Origin: Rhynchobatus australiae
Taxonomy: Eukaryota
DNA: 64,000 nucleotides
Reading direction: 5' to 3'
NCBI GenBank assembly: GCA_034780895.1
Contig: JAUZTB010000001.1
Location: forward strand, 105,695,163 to 105,759,162
A program made the translations under genes and the position numbers. The notes under the pieces were generated by a model. The model was not told the DNA's origin. It saw only the letters and a list, made by a program, of their open reading frames with translations, and did not search any database. Below are positions 23,501 through 38,500 of the stretch, one piece after another; positions within the stretch are counted from its first letter, which is position 1, and every line of letters starts with the position of its first letter.

Positions 23501-26500
23501 AAAAATTTACTCCCAGTTTAGCATCTGGGCATCACTGGCAGGGCCGACCTTTATTGCTCATCTCTATCTGCCCATAAAAAGACAGTGCACTTAATTCCTG
23601 AAAGTGCCAAGTTTCATTTCATTTTGCAGGTGAAACTATCACCCAATCAGAGATGGCAACACTCCAGCATGGCACTCCTTTCACATTGCCAACTTCAAGC
23701 ANNNNNNNNNNNNNNNNNNNNNNNNNNNNNNNNNNNNNTGAAGTGGATTGCCAGATTACATCTGTTCTAAATTTAAATATGGACAATGGGCTCGTCTACA
23801 CCATAGATGTAGGATCAATTCCAGGGCATATTAACTATAACTAATAAACCAAAGGAGAAAAAGGCAGCTGGTGGACTGGAAGTGTCCAGCTGGCTGTCTC
23901 TCTTCTTGGCTGGGAAACACAGAAAAAAAGGATATAATGGCATGTCTGCCACTAATCAAATCTCACCTAGAGGATGGTTGCTTCCATCTATTTCTTTTGC
24001 TTTTCTAAATGACTTCTCATATACAAAACCTTTTGCAAGTAAACAATTTCACTCTGAATTGTAATCAGTTGGATTAATAAATGTGTATACTTACTTCCCA
24101 TGGAAGGATGAGGTGGCAAACCAAAAGCTCTTAGTGGGAAACGTTCTGGAGGACCATAGATTCCACCACGTGGAAGGAGTGGAAGTCCCCTGAGTGGAAC
24201 ATGGCCTCTTAGATCAACAGGTAAGGAGGGAACTTGGTTGGAATAGGCAGGTGCAAAACCAGGTCTAATTCCAAGTTCAGCTTCCACAGGAAGAGACTGG
24301 TTTAGAGATACACTTAATGAGTCCTGCAAGAAAGATCGTACACTGTTTATTCCCGAATAATCGATCAAAATCAAATAAAAGCATGGAAATTCCGAAATTA
24401 AGCTTATTGGGAACCAGTATTTTTGTAAGTAGAACAAATGCTCTAATGGTATCTAAATATAAAAAGCTGTGCAGAAATAAGACACAAGAGATTAATAATG
24501 AAGAAATGACTACACTTACACGATCTTGGGCCTGACTCTCTGAAGCAGAACTTGATGTTTGCATGCTATTTTCAAGTTTGGGGCGTCCATCTACACAAAT
24601 CAAAGCTGGAGAGAGGTAAAAATGAATTATAAATATTCGAAGATAATTTTAAATAAAATTATACCTTTATTAATTCTCTACTCATTTTATATTTTAATGC
24701 AAGGTAACCCATTGTAAATACCACATAATAGAAATGTACATACATGTGGAGTCAGAAAGTACATTCTTAGTATTCTTAGTGTAGAAGTTACCAATTTATA
24801 AACGATCAGGGATGCTAAGAGAATGATTTAAACTCTGAGGCCAAGTTACGGCCAGTAATTGAAAGAAATTAACATTCTAACTTTTAATGATAACTGGTTA
24901 CTTTGCTCTTCAATAATTATTGTCTTTGGAGACAAGTACAGGAATAGGGATGTCTTACAATTCGATAGGGCCTTGAGAGCACATCTGGAGTACCGTGTCC
25001 AGTTTTGGTATCCTTGCACAAGGAGATACTTGCTATAGATGCAGCAAAAGTTTACCAAACAGATGACAAGACTGTATGAGGAAAAATTCAATTGACAAAG
25101 GCTGCATTCATTAGAGTTTTTAAAGAATGAAAGGAGATTTCATTAGAACATTCAAAATTCTGAGAAGGCTCGATAAGCTGGATGCAGAAAGGACGGCCGT
25201 TAGATGCAGGGTGGGTGTCTAGAACCAAGGGTCAAAAGTCTCAGGATACAAGGTACGACATTTAGGAATGAGATGAGGAGAACTTTCTTCATTCAGTGGA
25301 ATTCTCTACCACAGAATGTTGTTAAGGCAAAGTGGCAGAATATATATACAAGGAGGCAGACAGATTTCTCGACACAAAGAGCAGGAATATGGTGTTGATA
25401 CAGGAATGGCCACGATTGTATTGAATGATGAGCAGACTCGAAGGACCAAATGGTCTATTCCTGTTCCTATTTTTCAATGCTTCTATGTTTCCATCTATAA
25501 AGCAGTTTACAGATGCTGTTTATTCTCTTCACCCAACAGAAAAAAAAGCACAAACATTGAAATAGAATTAAAATTTGAACAATTCCAAATTTAGATAGGA
25601 ATATTTTGTGCATCAAAAAATGTGATTAATTATTAATGAAAGAAAATATTACTTAATTATTTTGGAACAACTTGGCTTTTAATTAGCTTTTTTTTAAATC
25701 TTATTTTTCTAGTACCTTTTGTCCTCATTGGTTTTCTACTTAAAATACTCCAGTAACTTTGTGGGTGCTTTTATGTTCACTATGGACCAAAGTCAATAGT
25801 AGGTCTATTAAAATAGTAAATTAGGTCCATTCAAATCAATTTTTTTTTTAAACTACATTAGTGACATTTATTGATTGAGATTAATCAAAATCTAAAACAG
25901 CTATAATTGTATTTTCTTTCTACAAATTTTGCAAACATGCAAGACTCTTGTTGACTTACATTTTTGTTTTGCTAAAATGACAACTGCAATGCTGCACCGT
26001 ACCTGTTCTAGCTAAAAAAAATGAGTTTCAGCTGGTCCAGATAACATTCTTGCATTTGCATAATAACCTCGATCTGAAGCCTGATGACAGGGATCTCCAA
26101 GTGTATATTTAGAACACACTCAACAGCATTATGAAATGCATGCAATAGGACAAAGTGTATAGTCAAGCATTTTCTCAAAATCTTAATTCCCTTAAAATAT
26201 TCACAGGATTATACATTAGCATTTATTCAAAATTATAACAAGGCTCTATATTCAAGTGGTCATAAAACCTAAACACTCACTCAGTAGATGAATTATATAG
26301 CTGGATATTTAAAAAGGATTCTTTCATACCTGGTGATATTCTGTACAGTTTACGATCTCTTTCCCACACAGGGGACAGTGAACCACTATCCGACTGTGGA
26401 CCATGCTGATCAGACATTCGGTCAGAAACAGAATCTGTATTTTCATTAGTAGTGTGATCCATCTGGACTGATGGACCTCTCGCTATGGGCAAACACACAG

Positions 26501-29500
26501 CAAATTAATTATATTTCATATATTCAATAAATATTGTAAGTAGGACATTTTGTAGAATGGTTCACAACCTAAAGCAATTAAAACTTGCTGACAGGAGTAT
26601 ACTTACATACTATTCAGAACATTAATAAAAATCATTACTATTCAACCACTCAGCACTCTATAATTTTAGAAACATAGACACCTCAGAAAGAGGGCATTTT
26701 GTTCATAACCACCAAGAGGCCAATGAGGCTAATCTGATTCTCTGGTTATCTGTCCACAGCAAGCAGCATGTGGTCATTCAGGATTTTACTTGGTGTGATG
26801 AGGATTATTCTTGACCATCCTTTTAGGCAGCAGGTTCCAGATCTTTGCCACCCTCTTGATGAAAGTACCTTTTCTCAACTCCACTGTAAATCTTACATCT
26901 ATGCCCCACCCACTACATTCTCTCCAAAGGCATTAATTGGTTCTATTTATTGGTTATATTGATTTTATAATTTTTGTTCCAAATTCTTTATACAAAAGTG
27001 GCATGCTTCCTAGTTATTGACCTCTCAAGTCAAGGACAACAGGTCCTTCTTTGCTAACCGAATTACACCTCTCATAATTTTATACAACTTGATTGAATCT
27101 CCCCTCAGCATCCTCTGTTATAGAGAAAATAATACCAGCCTAGCCAATCTTTTCTCTTAACTAAAAATCCACACCTGGCAATAGCTTTGTAAATCTCTTG
27201 GATTGTTTGCATTACTCTGGCTGTGGCCTAACTAGTATGTAATACATTTAGAACCGACTATTGTGCTAAATACTTTACTTTTGGAGTCTGGTTTCCCAGG
27301 AAACAAAGGCGAAAACCTTAAGGGCCCATCTAGTAATGGAGGTGACAGAAAACCCACAGGTTCGGAGCCGGGTCGACCCACTGGAGAAGGGCCATATGGA
27401 GAACTTCCTCCTGTAATTATGAAGCAAAAAAAAAATCAGAAAACAGCTCTAATTTTTGATGATTAAAAAATCAAAAAATACTTCTTAAAATCTATGCTGA
27501 TCAATGTAAATAACCACTGGACTCATTCTTACAGAATTCAAGTCTCAATAGCACAAAATTAAAGGAACTGCACCAACCAAAATCTATGCTTTGTGATTAG
27601 ATGGAAGTAAATTTACTGTGATACACTGAATATACAGAAAAGAATCAAAGAGACTGCAGTACCTCTGTATGGTGGGCCAAATGTTGAAGCACTTAATGCT
27701 GGCCTTCCAGATACCTCAATTACAAGTGGATCCTTCAAAGCAATATCTATTTTGAATTCCGCTTCAGTTATTCTGTAAAAGTAATACATAATTTGCCACC
27801 TAAAATTAGCACAGGGATGGACGCCTATCCTGCCGGAAAGCTAATCCCTCCCTGTTTACAGTCAGATGTCACTGCAACACAAAGAGGAATGTGGGTATAA
27901 GCGCAGTCACTAATGACTGCACAAGGCTACTACTGGGTTTTAGATGCTGCAGTAATCAGAGAGGAAACTTCATTGGAAAACATTTCTATTAAGTAACCTA
28001 AACATTATAATCAGTACACTAGCTAAGGACCTCTCTTGATTACCTTGTTTTACATTCTAGAATTGTTGGATGGGTGCAATTTGTAAACAGAATATTTGAT
28101 AGTGTAAAGATTTTTTTTACCCTTCTGGAAAAGTCTAAAACTTGTAGTTGAAGTGAAGAATATAAAATGTATTTTAAAAGAAAACTGGAGGATAAGTACA
28201 TGGAAAATGTAATAGTTGCACTGATGAATTAGAAGATGGGAAGAACCTTGTGTGAAGCACTGACCAGCTTGGTCTAATGGTATGTCTCTGTCTATAAATA
28301 TATATTTTGGAGTACTGCCTACAAGAGCATTTGACTTACTTACTGCTTTAACTGAACTGTTGCTTTAACAGCTTAAATCATACTTTTAAGGTCTAACCCA
28401 CCCAGTTTCTGCTCCTGCATTCTTATTCTGGCAATCTGGGAGCAATGTTTTATGCAGTAAAGGTTTCTTTGGCAATGTCTTATTTAAAGATTTTCTTAAG
28501 TTGCTGATTAGCATTAGAAGTACAATGCAATCTCTGGGAGGAAAAATATCAGAAAGCTTTAAGTCTGTAGACCTTCGACAAAACTGAAAACTGACAGAGA
28601 ATTGGGCAGATATTTCAATATTTAATATACTTAGAAGTAACTTTGACAAAATGCAGGCTGCAAAAAAGACAGATGAATTGTTTTTCTCCCCCACAAAAAG
28701 TTTACTTTACAAAGGAGTATTAATATATTTACAGACTTTGACTAAATCCATGGTAGAAATTATACTTTTACACTCTTTCCTCCATCCTACCAAATATCAG
28801 GAACAAAAAGTCCAAACAATGTGGATATCTTCAGGTCAATTCTGAACTCAACAATGTTCAAGTATTTTAATTACCTCTCATCATCTCATCCATCAACTTT
28901 AGTAAAACAGCATACCTTAACATTTTTATATGGGGGTGGGGGAACTCTTGACACAGCTGGAATGCCTATATACTTTGGTTTTTTTTAAATGATACTGCAA
29001 AGTTCAGAAGAAGTTGTCACTGAATTCAAAAGTGAATGAGGAGTTCATTTGGAAATAGCTGGAAACTTACTTTTGCCGAAGGTGAACATTCTCTCTTTTA
29101 ATATTGCCAAGTTCTCGTTCAGCTTCACGAGCTGACAGCTACAATTAAAAATTTTGTACATCAGTTACAAACATTGATACAATAAACATCAACCTTTGAG
29201 AACTGCAGAAGCAATTCATTGATGGTGCAGGAATTAGTTTACAGCATGTTCAGTGATTGTTTCTTTTTACCCGATTCTGCTTTCTCCGTGAACAATGATT
29301 TCATATTTTATTAAATTCTGTTAATGTTTTTTCAGTGCTCCTAACACCAGGTGCTATACACTTGCACCGGGGTTGACTATTTTCTTATCATGAATAAATT
29401 GATGGTCAGTTGATAACCTTAGGCTTTTATATGTGCAATCATGTACTTGCACAGATATGTGCCTTCAGAAACTTTCTCTGCTGAGTCATCTACTAGGCTG

Positions 29501-32500
29501 AGCTAGTAATTACACTGTGCCAGTTGAAATAGCAAAACTGAAAAGGAAATTGTGACTAAGCCATTTTACAACAGCCATGCATGGCACCAGGGCATAAAGT
29601 TATTTCAGCAGATACATCAGAAATTTAAAAATATCAGCAACGCATTTTATGTCTGAAACTCACCCAATTATCATGTGCTTTTTTCTCATGGGATACAATC
29701 TATAAATGAAAATATAAAAGAAAATGATTTAATTAATTTGCTATTCACAGAATGTGGGCACTATTGGCAATATTTATTAATCTTCATCTTTTTATTGGGT
29801 GGTATTAAATCAATTTTGTTGCATTTCTGGCTACATCAACCAGGCTGCTTCAGAATGCCAAATTTTCTTCTTTGCAATATGTTAGTGCACTAAATGGGGT
29901 TTTCACAACAATCTAGTAAAGGCCATATATCAACTTCTTATTCCAAACGTAATTAGTTAATTGTCTGAATTTAAACTCTCCAGCTGCTGTGCTTGGTTTT
30001 GAAGCAATGTCTTCCAATTATTAGCCTGGACCTTGTGATTGCTAATCTAGTAACATAAGCATTTTGCTCTATACCCTATCTGTGCTGGCCTTCAAAATGG
30101 CAAAAGAATGGACTGCCTGGTGAACCACCCGAGCTCACCAGATGCCTGCCCTTGGGCTATGCTGTTTTTCCAGCATGGTCCCTGGCACAGTCTTCTATTG
30201 GGAGGCTGGATGGCTAGCTCCCAGGATAGGCTCTGAATGCAAGTGACCAGCTCAGCCTCCAGAAAGGCTTTCACAAAGAGTAAGGCCATTTGCAAACATT
30301 CATAGACACTCAAAGCCTATTAAAAATATTTAAACAATCATATATCATTATGGATAACAGGCAAAAAATACATCATACAGAGCAACTCTGGTATAGTAAA
30401 ACAGCTTTACTTTCAGTTAAGATCTTTAAGGAAGTGTTTCTACACAAAGTAAAAACAGAAAATGCTAGAAATCCTCAGCAGGCCCACAGGCAGCATGTGC
30501 AGAGAGAGAAACAGAATTAACATTTCATATGGAAAACCCTTCATTGTGGGTTTATNNNNNNNNNNNNNNNNNNNNNNNNNNNNNNNNNNNNNNNNNNNNN
30601 NNNNNNNNNNNNNNNNNNNNNNNNNNNNNNNNNNNNNNNNNNNNNNNNNNNNNNNAACATTTCAGATGGAAAACCCTTCATTTGGGGTTTATTAAGAAAT
30701 AAGCAAAGACGAACAATTTTCTTTTACATACTTGATTTTTATATGACTGCATAGTTTTAATTAATTCTTCTTCAAGATCTTTAGCACGTTGCCTGCAAAG
30801 AAACAAAACAGTAATTATAACTCAATTTAAAATTTATATTTTAATTAAGAAACTGACCTTCACTGTTACCTGTAAATAGTGAGCTCTTCAGTAGCTTGAT
30901 TAATCTTTTCACCAACTTCAGAAAGTTTCTCCTCTTTCTGCAAACGCTGATGCTCTTCCAGAGTTAGATTTCTGCAGACAGAACAATCAAAATAATTCCT
31001 CTGCTAATTGGTATATAGTGTCAACAGAGGGACAGATGAGAAGATAGGTTAGTGTCATCAGTCTGTTAAATTCTTGGAACTAGTTATAGGAAGAATTTTC
31101 AGTGAGGATTTTGTGCAGTTTCTGAGAGGGGAAAGCACATGTTCAATAAAAGAAAACTGCTTAATCCCTCCTCAACATTTCCTGCAACAGCAGTTGTGAT
31201 TAGTGGCTGATTAATAGGAAACTCTACCGATTAAAAATGGAGCCCAATAGCATAAAAATAACCCAACTGGACATTTGTGCTCTTTTCAATACAAAATTAA
31301 AATAAATAATTGAGGACTAACTATGATTATACCCTTTTCTAATATTTTCTATTTTTCTGTGGACAATACATTATTACATCAACAAGTAAATAGTGTCTGG
31401 ACTGTAATTACTGCTAAGGATAAAGCAATTCTAAAGGCAATGTTTTCTTCGTATTTTCCCTAGTCACAACCCCTCTGCGCTCATCATCAGGAAAGCACTG
31501 GCTTTTACCCTGACCTTCTCTCAACAGTGAAGCCGAGCTCTGAACAACGTTATGCACAGTAATACTAACAGGCCCTAAATTTGCACTGACTCTACCCAAT
31601 TATATTTATACTTTCTATAGGATTCATTTTCATTCAAAGTCTGCCTCAATCCACACTTTTTACCTTTGAAGCGCCATTTCCTTCTCATGGTACATTTCTG
31701 TCATGATCTTTAACTTCTGCTGAATGGTTTTATATTCAGTCTCAAACTGAGTTTTCACACACTGCACTGAAGCGTGCTCCAGCTGAAGTTTCTCAATGCG
31801 CTCTGCCAAATGAAAAGCAAACAAAAATTATTCACGGATTCATTGCATGTTAGGAAGTATTTTACTTTAAAACATAAGAAACAAAAATAGGAGTAGGCTC
31901 TTTGGTCTTTCAGCCTACTTCACCATTCAAATATAATCATGGATTCAGTATTCTCTTCCTGCTTCTTCCCCATATCCCTTGATCCCTCTAGCCCCAAGAA
32001 TAATATCCAACTTCTTCCTGAATATATTTATTGGGACATTCTGTAAACTACTCAGTGAGAAATTTGGATAGCTGGGCGTTTTGCATCTTTTTAAAGCAGT
32101 CAAATTGGTTGGTGATGTTGGGGCTTTTCATCGTAAAAGAACATTACACTACCACATAATCACTCTGTTTGCCAAGGCATGCTTGCTGTATTCAATTTTC
32201 ATGAAGGTAAGCACCACCCATAAGAACTGGAATGGTGTAATTATCAGATAAATTTGCAAAAGGTTTTGCTGGAATGGCAAAACGTGCATCTAGGATCCAT
32301 CTATTGCTTACTTGTTCTGCTCCACCCCTTCCTTTCATCTTATGTTTACTCTTAGTTTATGTTTTTCTTGCAGAATGCTGCTTATATGTGCTTGTGATGT
32401 TGCTGAGTAAGTTTTTCATTGCACCAGTGNNNNNNNNNNNNNNNNNNNNNNNNNNNNNNNNNNNNNNNNNNNNNNNNNNNNNNNNNNNNNNNNNNNNNNN

Positions 32501-35500
32501 NNNNNNNNNNNNNNNNNNNNNNNNNNNNNNNNNNNNNNNNNNNNNGGCTAGTTCTAATGACGGCTATCAATCTTTTTCTCTCTCCACAGAGACTGCCTAA
32601 TCTTCTGGATATTTCCAGCATAACCTTTAATTTCAGATTTCCAGCAACAGCAGTGTTTTGCGTCACACAGTTCCAGTATTGTTTTTGTTTTGTTTCCCCC
32701 TGTTCTCATTTATTTCCCTCTACCTGCAGCTCCTCCAGTTGGGCATGTTTGATTTCTAATTTTCCTAGTCTTCACAAAGTGTCATCAAACTGAAATCTGA
32801 ACTGTTTCTCTCTCCATAGATACTGCTGATGTGCTGAGTACTTACAGCATTCCTGTTCTTATTTCAGTTTCCAGCAACTGCAGATTTTATCTTTGCTTAT
32901 CTAGGCCAAGCACAGATTTGATTCAACTGTACTCGATTGGTGAGAACTCATCTGGAGTATCATGGGTAGTTCTGGTTGCCCAGCTTTAGGAAGGATGTCA
33001 TTAAGCTGGAAAGAGTGCAGAAAAGATTCACAAAGATGCTACTGGGACTGGAGGGCTTGAGTTACAAGGAGGAGGAGGATAGACTGGGGCTATTTTCCCT
33101 GGAGGGTAGGAGGCAGAAGTGCATCCTTAAAGATTGAGGGATATGGGCCAAATGTGGGCAAATGGGACTAGCTCACATAGGCAACTTGGTTGGCGTGGAC
33201 AAGTTGGGCCAAAGGGCCTGTTTTTGTGCTGTATAACTATGTATGAAAGATGCATTTCACTGTGTGTTTTGATGTACATGTGGCTAATAAAGATATCTTA
33301 AAAGTAAATAAAATCATGAGGGGTATGGGTAATGTGGANNNNNNNNNNNNNNNNNNNNNNNNNNNNNNNNNNNNNNNNNNNNNNNNNNNNNNNNNNNNNN
33401 NNNNNNNNNNNNNNNNNNNNNNNNNNNNNNNNNNNNNNNNNNNNNNNNNNNNNNNNNNNNNNNNNNNNNNNNNNNNNNNNNNNNNNNNNNNNNNNNNNNN
33501 NNNNNNNNNNNNNNNNNNNNNNNNNNNNNNNNNNNNNNNNNNNNNNNNNNNNNNNNNNNNNNNNNNNNNNNNNNGCAACTTGGTCAGCATGGACTAGTTG
33601 GGCCAAAGGGCCTGTTTTTGTGCTGTATAATTATGCATAAAATTAAAAGATGCCAAGATAGCTTAAACAAGATTGACTCTTAGCATAGAGATCAATAATT
33701 AGGGGGAAATAGATTTGTTAATTGATAAAAGGATCAGGGTGCATTGAGGATTTATTTTTCAATACATTCAGATTTTTCAGAGGCAGTAAGTCACAGGGAC
33801 CTGAGATTTAATACCCAAAGGGATAGTGGAGACGGAAACTCATTATATCTGTAAACGTACCCACGCAGCGACCTACAAGGCTACCAGTGGAAAGCCGAGA
33901 AGTGAGAGTCAAGGCCTTTATGCACACCATGGGCCAAAATGCTCCTTTTGTGTGTTGTAATTTTATTTGATTCTAAAATTCTTGTTAAATGCCAAATACG
34001 CTCCATATTCCTTTCATCTAGGCAATCAACTGCTTCTTCAAGGAGGTACCTAAAGTTTGCCAAAGATGCCTTCTCTTTAACAAATACAGAAAACAATCAA
34101 AAACTTTTAGCAGTTCAGGCTACATTGATGAAGAGATAAGCTGTAGTGTTGTCATATCCTTCCTGTATTGTGGTAACCAGAACCGTGCAGGATAACCTAG
34201 CTGTAACCTAATTAGTGACAAAATTAAGGTAAAATAGAAAGCACGGATGTTGTTTTAATGCCTTCAAGCATAATCAGTTTTCATTTCTGATTTCCAGCAT
34301 CAATAATATTTTACTTTCGATTTAACAAATCTATACTTCAAACTGGAAATCAACACTTACAATGAACTCTGGACCATAGTGGAGAAACAATAGAGCAGCT
34401 TCAGAAAGTTAGATATTCTTATACAAATTTCTGTAATCTTTCTCATCCATGTTTACCCTGTGATCTTACAGATCATTTGAAACTGGTAAAGTCACCCTGC
34501 AGCACCAGATGAGTCAGAAATTAGCATGCTGGAAAGGCAAATTACCNNNNNNNNNNTTAGAAAGCACTGAAGACATCAAAAATGCCTGCATTAAATTTAG
34601 GAAATGTGATTATGCACAAATACATTAGTTCCAAGATGTTAACCTTCCCAAAAAACACCACTGGCATACAGCGTAGCATTAAGTTCCACTAAATGGGAGT
34701 ACTGAAATCTCTATAATTACCCATCAGCTCTTGTTTTGCTTTGATTTCATCCGACAACTTGCTGTGAATCTGATTTCTTTCTTCTTCAACCGACTTCAAG
34801 CTGGCATTTAGCTAAAGAAAAATAAATGGCATTAAATTAAGATTTAAAAGCATAGCATTGGATTTTTATATTATAATTTAAAATCGAAAGTTCATTTCTA
34901 AATTTCAGATTATTATTACTCAAATGAAATGAACATGGTTATCTTGGGGAGTGTAAGATATCTTTATTAGTCACATGTACATCGAAGCACACAATGCATT
35001 TTTTGCATAGAGTGTTCTGGGGGCAGCCCGCAAGTGTCGCCATGCTTCCAGCACCAACATAGCATGTCCACAACTTCCTAACCCGTAGGTCTTTGGAACG
35101 TGGGAGGAAACCACACAGACATTGGGGAGAACGTACAAACTCCTTACAGACAGTGGCCGGAATTGAACCCCGATTGCTGGCACTGTAATAGCGTTACGCT
35201 CACCGTTACACTACCGTAACAGCTCCATCAAGGAGCTAGCACAGTACAAAGGGGTAAAGATGCCTTTCTTCTGTGCTGTATCATTCCACAATTCTATGAA
35301 TAATAATGACATATTTGGTAGGTCAGCAAGCTGACCATAAAATATTAGTTCATTCTTGTTCCTTTCAGACCCCTGAGCACCATTCATTCAGATCATGGTT
35401 GATATGTACTTCAGCTCCATTTGCCCTCCTTAATTGCACATCCATGCATATGATACCCTTGTCTAACAAAAATCCATCAGTCTCAGTTTTGGAATTTTAA

Positions 35501-38500
35501 ATAGATCTAGTCTTAACAGCCTTTTGGAGAACAAATTGCAGGTTTCCATTACAGTCTGTGTGAAGAAGTGCTTTCCAATATCCATAATAAATGTTCTAAC
35601 TCTAAGATTGTCCTCTTGTTCTGGACTTCCCCAAATTAGAAGTTTCTTCTTAACAACCAAGTAAATCTTAAATGCCCCAATTAGATCAACCCTTTACCAC
35701 CCCACNNNNNNNNNNNNNNNNNNNNNNNNNNNAATACAAGCTTGCTCCAGGCAACTTTCCCTTAAATAAGCTAAATAGAATAGAATCAGATCAGGCCTTG
35801 CATCTCAAAAACTAGGTGTACGTGGGCATGATCTGTGACTCTACAGCCCAATGTAAACATCACTATCATCAGTGACAATCCAACCTGGCTTAAAGGAACA
35901 TATTGAAGCAGCATCAAGACTAATCGAACAAGGTGTCAGCAGGGTGGAGCTACAACAGAAGTGCATGCATATTAAACAGTAGTAAACTACATTTGGAGCT
36001 AAGAAATATTACAACTGATCAGATCAAAGCTCTGCAGTCCTGAACATCCAGCTATGAATGGTGGGGGTAATAGAGCAGGAACAGCTCCATCCTCAACAAT
36101 AGTTAAGCCAGCAAGAGTATTGAAATGTTCATAAAACCTTCACCCAAAAATGACAAGGAAATTAAAGAATTCTGTGCCTAGTAAAATGAGTCAAGACCTA
36201 TCGGCCACAACAACACATTAGTTGTAGTGCTGAAGATGTGCTTCAGACGAGCTGAAGTCAACTAGTTCCAGCATAGCATTTACCTGACAACTGAAGACTG
36301 ACCAGCTACACTATCAACAAGCAGGGGAAATCCAATCCGCCTATGATTCGGGGGGAACTCAGCAGACCAGGTAGCAACCATGGAGAAAAGCAGGTGGTCA
36401 ACGTTTCAGGTCAGGGCCCTTCTTCAGGACTGAGAATAGGCAAAGTGGACACCCAATAATATAGGAGGGAAAAGCAGAGCAGTGGTAGGTGAACAAAAAG
36501 GGGAGGTGGGGTGGGCACAAGGTGGTGATAGGTAGATGCAGGTAAGAGATTGTGATAGGCAGGTGCGGGGGAGGAGGGGAGAGCAGATCCACCGGGGGAT
36601 GGGTCGAAGGTGAGGAAAAAAAGGGCTAGGTAAGGGATGAAGAGAAGAAGCACGGTGGGGGGGTGGTATCTAAAGTGGGACAATTCAATGTCCATGCCAT
36701 TAGGCTGCAAGGTTCCAAAAAAGGAAAATGAGGTGCTGTTGCTCTTCCATCTTCATTTTCCATCTTGGAACCCTGCAGCCCAAAGGCATGAATATTGAGT
36801 TCTCCCACTTTAGGTAATCCCACCCACCCCCCCACCATAGCCCTTTTTTTCCCTCTCTCTTCTTACCTTTGNNNNNNNNNNNNNNNNNNNNNNNNNNNNN
36901 NNNNNNNNNNNNNNNNNNNNNNNNNNNNNNNNNNNNNNNNNNNNNNNNNNNNNNNNNNNNNNNNNNNNNNNAGGGGATGGGTCAAAGGTGAGGAGGAAAA
37001 AAGGTAGAAAAAAAAGAGATAGGCTAGGAAAGTAAAGACACTATGATGCTGTCCCTTTCCTAACCTCTCTCTCTTTTTTCTACCTTTTTTCCTCCTTACC
37101 TTTTCTTTTCGAAGTGATGGAGGATGAGAGGCGACTTGATAGGAGGTATACAAGATTATGAGAGGCAGAGACAGAGTGGACAGCCATCATCTTTTCCCCA
37201 GGGCGATAATGGCCAATACCTGAGGTCACTCGTTTAAGATGCGTGGAAGAAAGTTCAGGGGAGATGCCAGAGGTAGTTTTTTTTTTAAAACACAGAGTGG
37301 TGGGTACCTTGACCAATAATGGATGAAAGAAAAATAGAGGGCTATGGGAGGTGAAGGAGAGAGGGGGATAGATTGAATGTGGATAAGGTTTATATAGGTT
37401 GGCACAACATTGTGCGCAGAAGGGTCTTACTGTGCTGTACTGTTCTATGCTGAGATTAAGGAGGCCAACTCCAAGATATTGGTACAGGAGTTCATTAGAA
37501 CAGTGTCCTGCCCCTTGAACTCCCATCCACAATAAATCCAAAAGTCAACATATTTAATAGTGTTCAGTTCCATTCACAACTCCTGAATTAGTGAAAACAA
37601 AAGAGACTGCAGATGCTGGAATCTGGAGCAAAAAAGAAATCTGCTGGAGGAACTCAGCAGGTCAGGCAGCATCTGTAGAGAGAAATGAGCAGTTGACATT
37701 TCAGGTCACAACCCTTCATCTGGATTGTCCATTGCTTCCTCAAATAATGAACTAGACTGTGGCTACCTGCAACATGCTTTAATATGTGGTGAGAAACATT
37801 TATGTAGGTCAACAGGCAATGACCTCCAATTTACATTAATTATCGTTGTTGAATTCCCCACCGACAGCATCCACTGATCACCATTGATCTGAATAAACCA
37901 TGGAAAAATACTGTGACCAGAAGAACAGGTTAAAGGCTGGCCGTTCTAAGAAAGGTGACACACTTCCTAACAACCAGAGCCTTCCTAACAGTTAAAAGGT
38001 ATAAGTGTGATTGCATATATTGCACCACCCTGCACCAGTAGAACTTGCAAGAGCATTCCAAATCTTGACATCATTCAAGACAAAGCAGACTGCCTAATCA
38101 CTCTATCCACACCTCAATTATGCATTCCTTTCAAAGCCAGCACAACATAGCTAGCATGCATCCCACCTACCAGCAGTGGAGCAATTTTACTAATCCACTG
38201 GTACCTCCTAACCCCACAAACTCTACAGTTTAAAAAGTCTACAGGAGCAGGCACACAGAAACATCATGATATCCAAGTTACACCACACTGTCATGTAGAA
38301 ATATGACCATTTCTTCATTGGTGCTGATTAAAATGTTGGCAATCTTTATGTGGCTGCACTGTAAAGATACCTTTGCCATGCAGAATGTAGTCCAAGACCA
38401 AGGGAAAATGTCTGTGTAGTTACAAAATACAACACAAGCTTAGACAGGGATGGGCAATAGATGTCAACTTGTCTCCAAGACCAATATATCCTTTGAGATG

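Noticed and set aside
35170-35217. tRNA-like A and B boxes
   Set aside because: Head of a SINE with core and tail attached; no complete cloverleaf.
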